From the NCBI RefSeq assembly GCF_009834535.1, contig NC_045696.1:92196001-92260000 (forward strand): a stretch of 64,000 nucleotides of DNA, in the 5' to 3' direction. A program made the translations under genes and the position numbers. The notes below the pieces were generated by a model that saw nothing but the letters and a program-made list of their open reading frames with translations, searched no databases and was not told the origin of the DNA. Below are positions 25,601 to 36,298 of the stretch, one piece after another. Numbering within the stretch: position 1 is the first letter of the stretch; every line of letters begins with the position of its first letter. The stretch is from Camelus ferus. Lineage: Eukaryota.

Positions 25601-25917
25601 ATGCTGTGATGTTATGGTTTATTTTTTGGACACTCTCGGGTGGGCAGCTGTGAACAGATATGAACTTGTACCAATATTCTGTAGCATGAGGATGCAAGAC
25701 TGGAAGGCAGTTTGTGAAAGATGCATGTTAATCTCTTTTTTACCAAAGGTATTTATTAAGCTTTGCAGCGTATAGTGAGGGATGACTAAACGTCCTGTGG
25801 GTGCAAAGGGGAAGTGAGCTACTGCATGAAGCTCCCCCTTGTCCTCAGGTGTCCCCTGGCAGCCTTCACCTCCCTGCTGATTTCACTGCTTGTCAGTGGA
25901 ATCACCTCCAAGGCCTC

Positions 25918-26344
25918 TGTTACAGGTTGAATTGTGTCCCTCCCTGAAAGATGTGATAACGTCCCATCCCCCAGTACCTCAGAATGGGAGCTTATTTGGA
26001 AATAGGGTCATTGTAGATGTAATGAGTTAAATGAAGATGAGGTCGTACTGGAGTAGGGTGGGCCCTTTGTCCAATATGACTAGAGTCTTTATAAGAGGAC
26101 ATACAGACACACGAGGGCAGAATGCCACATGGTGACAGAGCAGAGGTTGAATGGCTGTAGCTATAAGCCAAGGAAGGCAGAAGATTGCCAGCAACCCCCA
26201 AAACCTTGGAAGAGGGAAGGAAGGATTCATTTGTTCAAACATTCGTTTTGGACTTTTGGCCCCTAGGACTGCGAGGGAATAATCTAGTGTTGTGTTAAGC
26301 CACCTTTGTGGCACATTGGTACAGCAGCCCTTGGAAATGATACA
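25918..26344 (+). mobile_element. MLT1 (ERVL-MaLR) solo LTR, MLT1B/C-like
   Basis: TG...CA termini; tgttacaggttgaattgtgtccc...ttatttggaaatagggtc...ttaagccacc...acagcagcccttggaaatgataca. Confidence 0.9.
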
Positions 26345-26979
26345 GTGCTCTGTGAGCAGCGATGGAGGGACCAACACTCTGGGTGCGGAGGGAACTCAGG
26401 TGAGGTGGAGAACTGGGTGGGGATGTGAATATCTTTCCAAATTTAAGGTTGAATACAATTTTCTCTTCATACCCTGACAGTTCCTGGAGTGGGGAAAGGT
26501 AAGGAGAGAGGCAGAAAGTAGGTCACCAAATTTTATTTGTTCATATATCTCCATACATTTTTGAGTTTCTGCTGCCACTCATACTATATGGCTGTTACTT
26601 ATTTGGCCATCAGCAGATCTTACACCAGAGCAGAAGAGGATGCCACATTTGTCCGGTGGTCTTCACTGGGGTTTGCCTGATTCTGTCCTCATGCTGGGGA
26701 AGAGGTGACTGCTGGGTTGACACATGTAGTGAGGTGGGGTGGGGAAGCATGTTATAGCATCCTTCATCACTACTGGCTTTGGCTATAGATGGTGGTGGGA
26801 TGGGACATAACCCCCCGGGAACAGCAGATGAAGCATTCTCCTGAATGCCCAGACACCAGGGCTGTAGCACACAGGAGACTCAGTGCTGGCTAATTGTGTT
26901 CAGGTAAGAAAGCTCTGGGATATATATTCCAAGGGATTCTTGTTTCGTTTCTTTGCATCCAGAGTTGTTAACTAAATGA

Positions 26980-27065
26980 ACAATGATATATGTATGACTG
27001 AAACATTATGTTGTACATCAGAAACTGACACATTGTAACTAAGTATACTTCAATTAAAAAATCTA
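26980..27065 (+). mobile_element. Very short L1 3'-end fragment
   Basis: atgtatgactgaaacattatgttgtacatcagaaactgacacattgtaactaagtatacttcaattaaaaa; same family as the 17313-17498 element. Confidence 0.75.
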
Positions 27066-27458
27066 ATAGATAAAATTTACAGTGAACATAAATACATGTG
27101 TACAGATAATCAGCTTCCTGTCAGCTGGCTTCCTTCACCGGATGACCACAAATGGCAGTCGGAAACCACAAAAATGCCACTTTCTTTGAGGCACGAATAT
27201 TTCATGAACATTCCTCCTCTGTGCATCCCCATGGTGATTCATTGTCACTAATGACTAGTCAATAATTCTTGAAGCACAAGTAATGAACTCACTGATATTT
27301 ATTTTCAAAGCACTGTAAATCATTTCTTTACCAAGAGTTGACATTTTATTTTTGACAGCCTTTCAGTCAGTTGTCATGTGATTTTATTTTCTTTTCTCTG
27401 GTGCAAAATAATCACAGTCTTTTTAAAGGCAAGTAAGTGACTATGGTGAAGACCTTAC

Positions 27459-27503
27459 CTCCAGCCTTTCTTCTTGATGATGCTCCCCAGGATCACTTCA
27501 GCC
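27459..27503 (-). CDS. KCNAB1: KCNAB1 coding exon (45 nt): (K)AEVILGSIIKKKGW(R)
   Basis: tttccccttcag|GGCTGAAGTGATCCTGGGGAGCATCATCAAGAAGAAAGGCTGGAG|gtaagg; phase 2-2. Confidence 0.97.
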
Positions 27504-29227
27504 CTGAAGGGGAAACATAATATTTTAGGATACAGTGTCCTGGAAATGCAAGAGTCAATCCAAAACACCAGATCCCTTCCTGGTTTGAACTCTCAGTGCC
27601 TACATGTCCCGAAAATAGAAGCCACTCTCGGCTGGTGGCACAGTTTCCGCTGTTTCTGCTTGTGCATGCAGAATCCTGCTCCCGGAGCGTTCCCGAAGCA
27701 CCTGCCAAATCCTGGCACACTGGCAGGAGACCGCCTGCGGTCCTGATACTAGGAAGCAGTGGAGTCATTTGGCAGTTTGGTGTTTTTGAGCCACTGATCC
27801 CATAAATAACTGTCCTGCTTGGCAGTGTCTGGTGGGAGTCAAGGGTTTCTTTCTAATGGCTGTGGTCTCCAATGGTGCCTGGGGAGGACAATGAGACCTC
27901 ACTCTTTTCAGACAGAAAATATTGACTCGCTGGCAATTTTGCAGGGTGAAAAAACCCATGTGTGGGTTTAGATGTCCCAAAGCCAGGACTGCGGATGCAG
28001 TGGCCCCCATGGAGAAAGTCCTGGGTTCCAGTGACAAGCACTGTCGCGGGAGCAGGAGTAAGAAGTCATAGGGAAGTGTCCTTCCTGCCCCTTGGGCTGG
28101 TTGTGGAGAGCTGCAGTGAAGACATCCCCACCGTCCTCTCCTCCTCTGCCTACCCCAGCTGGGAGCCAAGCTTACGGTGACTAAAACTTTCTTCTAGTTT
28201 CCTCCCAGTCAGACCGACGTCGTGAGAAGCAGCTGTGTTCTCAGAGGCTCTGTAAATGGGGACATCAGCAGAATCAGCGCTTTGTCCTTTGGTGGCCTGT
28301 ACACTGAGTCATCACTAATTGTGATTCGTCTTAACTGAGAAATGTCTGCCTTTGTTGGAGTGTACAGGCTGGTAATAAAGCATGGCGCGGGTTAGACAGG
28401 AGCGTGCCCCAAGTAGACAGGCATGGAATGTCGCCCCAGGGTTCTTTCCCCACGTCTGTTTCTCTTGCAACCTTGCACTTCGCAGTGGGAACCTATCTCG
28501 TTACACACTGATCATCAGTCAATAATTATAATCAGGACTGATTATCCTTCAGAACAAGAATACAAACACCACTCTAACAGACTTGTTAATCACTGCTTCC
28601 TTTTCCAGCCTTAGCCCCACTTGGTACTAAGCAGGATTCAACACGAGAAAAGAACACTGGGATAGAGTGATGTGTGGAAAGGAGCAAGGCCTCATCGATT
28701 TCATTTTCAAACACCGAGGATGTGGGCTCAGAACCTCCCTGATGGTCCTTAAACACAGACCTGCCCTTGAAAAGGAGGAAACCCAGGCTAGGAGAATGCA
28801 CTTTGACCTGGCAGCTACGAACCTGATTCAGCAGTTTGACTATAATTTTTCCCCAGAGCGGGGGCATCAGGCCCGCAGGGGATTATGTACCACAGTCCAG
28901 GTAGCGAACTGCAGAGCTGCTCAAGCAGCTGTCCAGCCTCTTAGATTCTCTCCCTGCCAGGACCTGCATCCATGTTCACAGCCGGGGGCCAAAGTGCTTC
29001 ACTTCTGCTGAAATGCGCTTGCTGTGCAGACCAGAGGGCATGGACCCCGAGGCCCAGCCCGAGGGCACGGTGCCTGCGTGACTTGGCAGTGAGCCCCGTC
29101 CTGGAGCCCCAGACATGCTCTCTGCTCCATAGGAAGCTTGGAGCTAGAGGTGACTTCTCCAGCAAGAGAGGCTGCTTTGCAGCCCTCTCTGTCCTCAGAA
29201 TGGGGTCTGAAACACCCTCTTATGAAA

Positions 29228-29304
29228 GTATACATATATCACCATGCTGTACCAGAAACTAACACAACACTGCACATGGACAATACTTCAACTGAAAAAA
29301 AAAA
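29228..29304 (+). mobile_element. Very short L1 3'-end fragment
   Basis: catgctgtaccagaaactaacacaacactgc...atacttcaactg plus A tail. Confidence 0.65.
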
Positions 29305-30044
29305 GGCGAAAAAGGTGATAAAACCCTTTATAGCTAGCTGACTGAGGATTTCAATATATAATGATATTCTGTATTTTGAGGATTGTCTTCTCAGTACTAT
29401 ATTTTAGAAGGTTTTTTGGAAAAATTGCTCTTGTGCTATAACCTGTTGGAGTGATTTTGGAATAATAGTGTTAATAAAAGATGGTTTGTTGAAGAAAAAA
29501 AAATCAGGCTTCTTGGCATCTTTGGGAGTCTCTCCTTTAATCTCTGATCTACCTGTATTGCTGGGTGGAGGGACAGGCCTGCAAACAGGAAAAGCAGCCC
29601 TAGCTTTCCTGCAGAGAGGAGGTCCCAGTTCACCGCAGGGCTGAGGAGCTATGAGCTGTGCTTACGAAGTAACGAGACTAGCTTTGGAACAACCACACTG
29701 GAAGCTGCTCATTTGAATGAATTACATTCAGCTAACATTTATGGAACTCTGCTGCTCGCACTCCGGTCCCAACCACCTCGGCCCCTCATGTAGATCGTGG
29801 CTACTGCTTCCAGTCAGTCCATTCTTCATACAGGGACCAGAGTGGGGAAGGTCTGGGTGGGCAGATGGACCCAGAGATGGTCAACGTCCCCAGTCCTGCA
29901 GGGGTGGGAGAGGCAGGGAGAAAAGCAGTGGCATCAACACGTGTGGGATGGATAGACCCTTCTCGCCAATGTGTCAACAAAGGTCTGGGCAGGGTCCTTT
30001 GTTCCAGAAATGCCACCTGAGGGACACACCGGGCTCTGACTTAC

Positions 30045-30124
30045 TTGCCAGCAGCATAGACCTCGGCAGTGTCAAAGAGATTCACTCCGCTCTCATAGGC
30101 AATTGTCATCAGCCGTTCAGCAAC
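30045..30124 (-). CDS. KCNAB1: KCNAB1 coding exon (80 nt): [26 protein letters not shown](K)
   Basis: catccccttgcag|GTTGCTGAACGG...GCTGGCAA|gtaagt. Contains the AKR FDTAEVY motif (catalytic Asp and Tyr). Confidence 0.97.
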
Positions 30125-31419
30125 CTGCAAGGGGATGCGAAGGTCAGTCAGAAAAGCCAAGTGCTTTCCAAACCTGGGAAGCAACTTGGAATCCTCTGGT
30201 GGTCTTTAAGAACATGGAAATCCCACGGACCACTCTTGCTTTTCTCAGTTGTATGAAAGAAAGAAAAAAAAAAGAAGATTCAACCAGCCTGTACAGGGGA
30301 AAAAACCCTTCCCTCAGCCTGGACCAGGCCCTGAGGGATTTCCTTCCATGCTGGGATAAGGCGGCCACAGGAGCACGGCTTCTGCTTCTCATTGCTGGGC
30401 AGCCTCAGTTTGACCACATTCTCTGTGGCCTTGGAATCTCTGTGACAAACCGGGTCCTTTGTATCACTGGTGCTTCATTCCTTTTCTTCCTCTTTTCCCC
30501 AAGCCAGTAAGTTCTGGCAGCTGGGTGACTCCTGACCTAAAAGCTCATGCCTTTCTTCCCGGGAGGCTTAGCAGACTGTGCTGATGAACCAAGGGTTAGA
30601 CGGAGCTGGGATGGTTGTAAAACTCCTGCCGCCCACAGCTCAGCACAACCCGGGGCACCATCACAGAAAGACATGACACAGAGCGGAGGCAGTGAGCGCG
30701 CCAGCTCACCTGGGGGCCGGCTCCTCACCGGTCAGCCTGCAAGTAGCTCACCCAGCTCCCTGTTCCTTCCGTCGTGCTGCTGAACACAAGCGGCAGGTGT
30801 GAGAGAGCAGCACGAAGGGTCCCTGGAAACAACCCCATGAGGGACAGCTCTGTGGGGACGGTGGTCAACAACACTGAAGAAAGGACAGTTTTTCATTTTG
30901 CTGGTAGACTTATCAGTCAACTGAAAAATTACACACCTCGCAAATAGTTGAAATTGATTATTCCATTATGTTTTTCATTGTAGGCTAAAGGTGCTTCATC
31001 AGCATTTCCAAGATAAACTCTTTTCCTATTTTTTAAAAATAAGCAGAGCCAGAAAATTGTCAGGCTAGCAAAATGGACTGCATGCAAATCCATTAGAGGA
31101 ATAGCAGCAAAAATGCTATTACTGCTTTTAATTTGCTACGATGTGACATTTATCCTAAGTGGAAATTAAATTTAAGACCAGTATAGTTTTTCACATCATG
31201 ACTGCCTTGTATTTTAGAAATTATTGTGCTTGTATTGTCTATCATCCTTGGATTGTGTTGCATGACATACTAGTGGGTTACTATTAGTAAATGTGTATAA
31301 TAAGTCTTATCTAGAAAGAAATTTCGAGGTAAGATGGAGAATCCTGGATGGAGAATTGGACTGAGTGATTGCTGAGATGTTTCCCAGTCAAGAGACTTGA
31401 AGACCTGAATGTGGAATAA

Positions 31420-31550
31420 TGAAAAGAAGTCACTGAACTAAGTCAGAGGACCCGTGTCTGGCCTTGAGTGGACCACACACTAGATCAATAAATGTGGGTA
31501 CATCTTTTGACCTCTCAGTGTTTCAGTTTCTTCATCTGCAAAATGAAGAT
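31420..31550 (+). mobile_element. MIR SINE
   Basis: agtcagaggacccgtg...ctctcagtgtttcagtttcttcatctgcaaaatgaagat. Confidence 0.7.
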
Positions 31551-31559
31551 TCTGTCCAG

Positions 31560-32162
31560 GTCCCCCAGGGAGCCCACAGGTCTCAGGGGAAGCTGACCTC
31601 ACCTCCGTCCAGTGGGGGCCTGATGGGCTAACCGTGCATCAGCGAAGGCCACGTGACACATCTGGGCCAGTGAGATGTGAGGAGAGGCTGGCTGAGGGCC
31701 TCTGGGAACACTTTTCCTGTTCTTCTTGCAGACTTTTTAGAAACAATACTCTATTCTCAAGAGTTACCGCTATTCTAATCGAAGACCAGAATTCCTACCA
31801 CTCTCTTACCAGGTGAGGGTGTAGTCTTTGATGCACAAAGGAACACAAAGCCAGGAGAATCACTAGGAAATAGAATGGAGGCTCTGACTGGGTCAACTCA
31901 GAAGCTTGCTTTTACTCTACACTTTTTTTTTTTGGAAGAAGGAGGTAATTAGGTATGTTTATTATTTATTTATTTTTAGAGGAGGTACTGGGGATTGAAC
32001 CCAGGACCTCTGAATGCTAAGCATGTGCTCTACTACTGAGCCACACCCCTCTCCTGCCCCTGCACTTCTAATATGAAAGTAGAAATAGTTTTTCTTATTG
32101 ATTAAGCCAATTTGCATTCGGTTTACTGTTACCTGCAATCAAAGGAAGCCTCACCAACCCAC
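31560..32162 (+). mobile_element. Old MLT1 (J/K/L-like) LTR, interrupted by a SINE
   Basis: ggccacgtgacacatctgggccagtgagatgtgaggagagg; 3' end ttaagccaatttg...ttactgttacctgcaatcaaagg. Confidence 0.65.
31923..32054 (-). mobile_element. tRNA-Ala-derived camelid SINE (Vic-1-like)
   Basis: ggaggtactggggattgaacccaggacctc...gctaagcatgtgctctactactgagccacacccc with a ggaggtaattagg segment and poly-T. Confidence 0.9.
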
Positions 32163-33069
32163 AGGTGAGAAAAGACAAATAGAGCTCTGAGGATTAAGTG
32201 CTATGAGGTGGGAGTACGCTCTTATCACTATTTAAAATATTACAACTCACGTGAGTAACATCTATCTTGGTTTTTTGCTGAAGTCAAATCAGCTTTGGGA
32301 GGGACCTCACAGTTACCTATTTTCAAGTTTGCATCATTTTGACACTATTCCTGCCAAGTGGCTATTTAATAAATAGTTGAACTCTTCCAGTAACGGGGAC
32401 ATCACCACATCCCGAGGCCGCACTGATGCTTATGTCACTCAGCACATTACGGTGTGGTCATCCCGGGATCCCATATTCGTGTCTATTTGTATTTTTGGCT
32501 GCACTGCCACATGGGAATAGCTGAGTGCTACCAGTTCAGCCACAGGTGTGAGTGTGGTCTGGCTGTCTCCTCTCCTTCTTGTGGGCAGTCTCATCACTGG
32601 TGGCAGGGAGGGGAGCCACAGCTGCTCTCCGGAAAGGACAATAGCTCTTTTTCTGGTGTGCGTATGAGGTGAGAGCCTCTGTAACCCTTCCCGACAGCTT
32701 TATTGTGTAGTTTTTAGAATTGTAATTTTGAAATGATTCGTTTCAGAGGCCAGCCCTGCACACTCTGACCTGGGCAACCTGGGTTCTGTGCAGAGCAGGC
32801 AGACACTGGCAAGGGGAGAGCAAAGATGAAGGGGGAAGTAACATGTTTACAGTTGACCCCTCTACTCTGAAAGGAAAGATATTTTTGTCATTTTCCCCTC
32901 TAAGCACCAAGGCAGTATAAGGTTTTGTACTTGCTAGACCCAGGAGACTATTAACTTTAGACTTCTCTCCTTCCATGTACCTGTTCTGCATCTGATTAAA
33001 GCCTGCAGCCATTGCTTTGATACCTGTGGACTTGCCTCTGTGCCTCCTCCAGGCATCCTTCCCAATGCC

Positions 33070-33436
33070 AGTTGGAGGGTCCAGGAGTCAACCCTGGGAT
33101 GGCCACCTGGCCCTCCTTCAGAGCTCAGGGATTATCCCCCTAGCTGCTAGGAATGCTGCCATCAGATGGCACTTGGCTAAAGTGAGTCGCCTAGCCCAAG
33201 GTCACACCTGCCTCCCAGGGCAGCCTCTATCCAACGACTGGTCATACAAGGTATGCAAATGCTCGCTCCTCTTGCCCCACCCTGGGACCACTCTGCAAGG
33301 CCATCTCAGCCTCGAGCTCCCCACGGGGGCAGCTGAGGTCATGGCTGAGACGGCACTGTGGTCCAACTTCCCAATAACTGTTCTGCATGCTAATTTCCAC
33401 CACACATCTGCTTCCCAAGGACTGCCCCATGTGACA
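33070..33436 (+). mobile_element. LTR16-like ERVL LTR
   Basis: gggcagcctctatccaacgactg...gggaccactctgcaaggccatctcagcctcgagctccccacggggg...ctgcatgctaat...gtgaca. Confidence 0.75.
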
Positions 33437-33974
33437 AACTCTGTGTAGTGATCTATGCTCAATACTGGGAACAAGCATTTAGACAGATAAGAATATGAAG
33501 ATGAGACCCCCCCCCTCCCCCACCGAGATCTGTTAAATAACACTGGTGACCTTGGGAGCTGCAGAAAAGACACTCCATTTCCCCAAGCGTCTCTATAGGA
33601 CTGATAGTAAGAAGTACCCGTATAAAGGGCTTATTCCTGGGCAAGGCACAGGGCTGAGCACTTCAGAGGCATCAGTTCATTAAGCTTAGGGGCTAACCGT
33701 TGGTAAATATAAGTGTTAGTAAATCTAATTAATGTGGAATGAACAGGATCCCACTGAGTGTATCCACTCAGTACACTTCCCCTGACACCTTAGGGTGCTG
33801 AGGAAGATAAGGGAGGCTCGGAGGGACCGGAGGGGATTTCATCAGGGAGTTGTTGGTACTCAGTTACTCCATAGCTCACTTACACCATGAAGGCAAAGGG
33901 AAGAATATTTCTTTGGTAAGCACTGCTCTGAATGTGTAAATGGAGATTTAAAGGAATTTAATGGTAAATACAAT

Positions 33975-34148
33975 TATTATAGATTCCATTTATTGAGTGT
34001 CTGCTACCTACTAGTCCAGAGGGCTATACAAATGTCTGACATGCATAACATAGTCAATCTTTTCAACAGACCTTCAAGGTCAACATTGCCATTCCATTTT
34101 GCATAAAAGAAACTGAGGATCAGAGAGGTTGGATTAACTTGCCCAAAC
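33975..34148 (-). mobile_element. MIR SINE
   Basis: catttattgagtgtctgctac...ccattttgcataaaagaaactgaggatcagagaggtt...aacttgcccaa. Confidence 0.8.
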
Positions 34149-34149
34149 C

Positions 34150-34223
34150 AGGGTGACCAACTGTCCCAGTTTGCCCAGGACTGAGAGATTCCATCCTAAA
34201 ACAGGAAAGTCCATGCAAACTGA
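34150..34223. mobile_element. MER94-like hAT MITE fragment
   Basis: agggtgaccaactgtcccagtttgcccaggactgag matches the MER94 terminus. Confidence 0.7.
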
Positions 34224-34543
34224 AGCTAAAATACACACACACACCCCCAGCAATAAAATCTTTTCATAAAGTGACTAAATATTAATTCCAAACTGGTTTG
34301 TTCTCTAATTATTGAGCCTGCGCATATAATAGATTGACAACTTCAAGGGCTATGAATTGTCTAAATGTGAAAAATATAAGAAGCAAGATAAAAATGAAAA
34401 TAAATTGAGTTAATCTTAACCATTTCCTATGATTAAAAATATCATCCTTATAAAATGCCAGCATCCCAGGACGAGTACTCCTACCCATACAGTTTGCTCT
34501 GCATTTTCTCTCATTAGCATAATGGAAGCCAAAAGTAACTCAC

Positions 34544-34581
34544 CTCATCTGAAATTTGACCTCCAAACGTCACCCATGTTC
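34544..34581 (-). CDS. KCNAB1: KCNAB1 coding exon (38 nt): (G)TWVTFGGQISDE
   Basis: ttcttttctag|GAACATGGGTGACGTTTGGAGGTCAAATTTCAGATGAG|gtgagt. In frame with the previous exon; QISDE is Kvbeta1-type (Kvbeta2 has QITDE). Confidence 0.97.
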
Positions 34582-35302
34582 CTAGAAAAGAATAAATATT
34601 TGCACATTATTCATGATCATTTCCCTAATATTGTGCATAAAGGGAAACACTTTTTCTTACATCAGGGCTACTTCAGTAGGTCGTTCCTGAAAGGACCTGG
34701 ATGAGCAGCACTTGGGGGCTGAAGTCCTGCCCATCCTCCTCCCATTGCTAAGTCCCCCAGCAAAGGTCTACATCCCTCTGCATCCCTCTGGATGCTTTGT
34801 CTTACTCAGAGGCCTCGTATGTGCTAAGGGCAGCCCCGACCCAGGTCCACGTACGCTGGTGCGCGAGATGGCAGTGCCCAAGCCCGCTTTGGCTGCACAC
34901 CCATTCTTGTTCTTGCTTAGCTAAGAAGTCACCAGTTCTGAAAGTAAAGGTAAGACCTTGGGTCATATTTCTTCCTTCCTTTGCCTCCAAAATAGAGGAC
35001 TCTATTTTGTGTTCTCTATTACCTTTCAAAAGGAACCCTCTCAGAGGGCCTTCCAGTCCCACTTTCAAGCCCCAGGAAGTGACACTTAAGCACCCTCTGT
35101 CTTACTACCTGCTACTCCAGAATGGAAATCTCCATTGATTTGGGGATGGGGTGGAGGCCGTAGCCTGAGTAAAGTAAGGCTTGGAAAGGCAAGAGGAAGA
35201 GAAAGATAACCAGCAGCCAAATATTTGCATTTGTAAAGCAAGAGGGAAGCAGACGCTGAGTGGGCTGTTGCTACTTCAACACCTCATACCTTCTCCTTGA
35301 AC

Positions 35303-35420
35303 TTTTTTTTTTTTAACTTTGCCCCCCAACCCTCCCACCTCAACAGAGGCACTGGGGATTGAACCCAGGACCTTGTGCATGTCAAGCATGTGCTCCACCA
35401 CTGAACTACACCTCCCACCC
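35303..35420 (-). mobile_element. tRNA-Ala-derived camelid SINE (Vic-1-like)
   Basis: ggcactggggattgaacccaggaccttgtgcatgtcaagcatgtgctccaccactgaactacacctccc with poly-T; imperfect TSD around tccttga(c)acttttt. Confidence 0.88.
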
Positions 35421-35919
35421 CTCTTCCTTGACACTTTTTTTTTTGAGCCCTAATTACATGGCAGGCAAAGGCATTGCACACAGGTGCTCGGGGACAGGCA
35501 CAGTGAGGGGGTGGCCCCAGCTCCTCTCTCCCAGGAGCTCACAGTTGACAACCTAGTTGACAAATGCTTGGATGGGGGCAAACGCAAGGCAGGATGTGAG
35601 GGAGCACTCAACCCAGACTGAAGGGAGGTGGCCCTAAAGACAGACTTCTAAGGAAAGGTGACATTTTGGTTGAGTTGCAAAGGAGGTAGCTGGACGAAGA
35701 AGGGAGGGGCAGGCATTCCAGGTATAGGTGAGAGCACGGGCAGGGCAGGGGGTAGAAGACTTGAGCGGCCAGAGGAGCGAGCTGTGGCGCGGACCCCTGT
35801 GCTGAGTGATGCAACTGGATGTAGAGAGGGAGGGGCGGCAGGGGGGAGAGCAGCCGGGCACACCTGGTGTTTGTAGGGCAACCAAAAATGCTGTTGGAAA
35901 CTCACGTTTTGTGTTTTGT

Positions 35920-36100
35920 AACAACAGTCATAGCTACCATTTATGGAACACCTTCCAAATGCCAACAATACCCTGAGAAATGTGTATACTTTCATCTCTA
36001 ATCATTTTGACAAACTCACAAGGCAATTTTATTATGCTGATTTCCAGATGCAGACTCTAACTTCAAGCAACCTGGTAAGGGAAATGCCCAGGACTCCCCA
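35920..36100 (-). mobile_element. MIR SINE (degraded)
   Basis: atagctaccatttatggaacacc...catctctaatcattttgacaaactcacaaggc. Confidence 0.55.
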
Positions 36101-36298
36101 CTCCTGCCGGAGTCTGAGAAGGTTATCCTTTGTAACTGCGTTTTGCTGCCTCATCAGTAAATTTCCAAATTAATCATGGCCCTTGGATTCATACTCCATA
36201 GAAGCATGCTGATGTAATTGTTCCCTTTCTCTTCTTAGTTCTAGGGGACTAAAACAAAGGTAGGACATAGATGACTTTACTGTTACAGTTTTCGTCCC

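Noticed and set aside
29717..30256. 179-aa plus-strand ORF
   Set aside because: Antisense shadow across the real 80-nt KCNAB1 exon; no recognisable domain.
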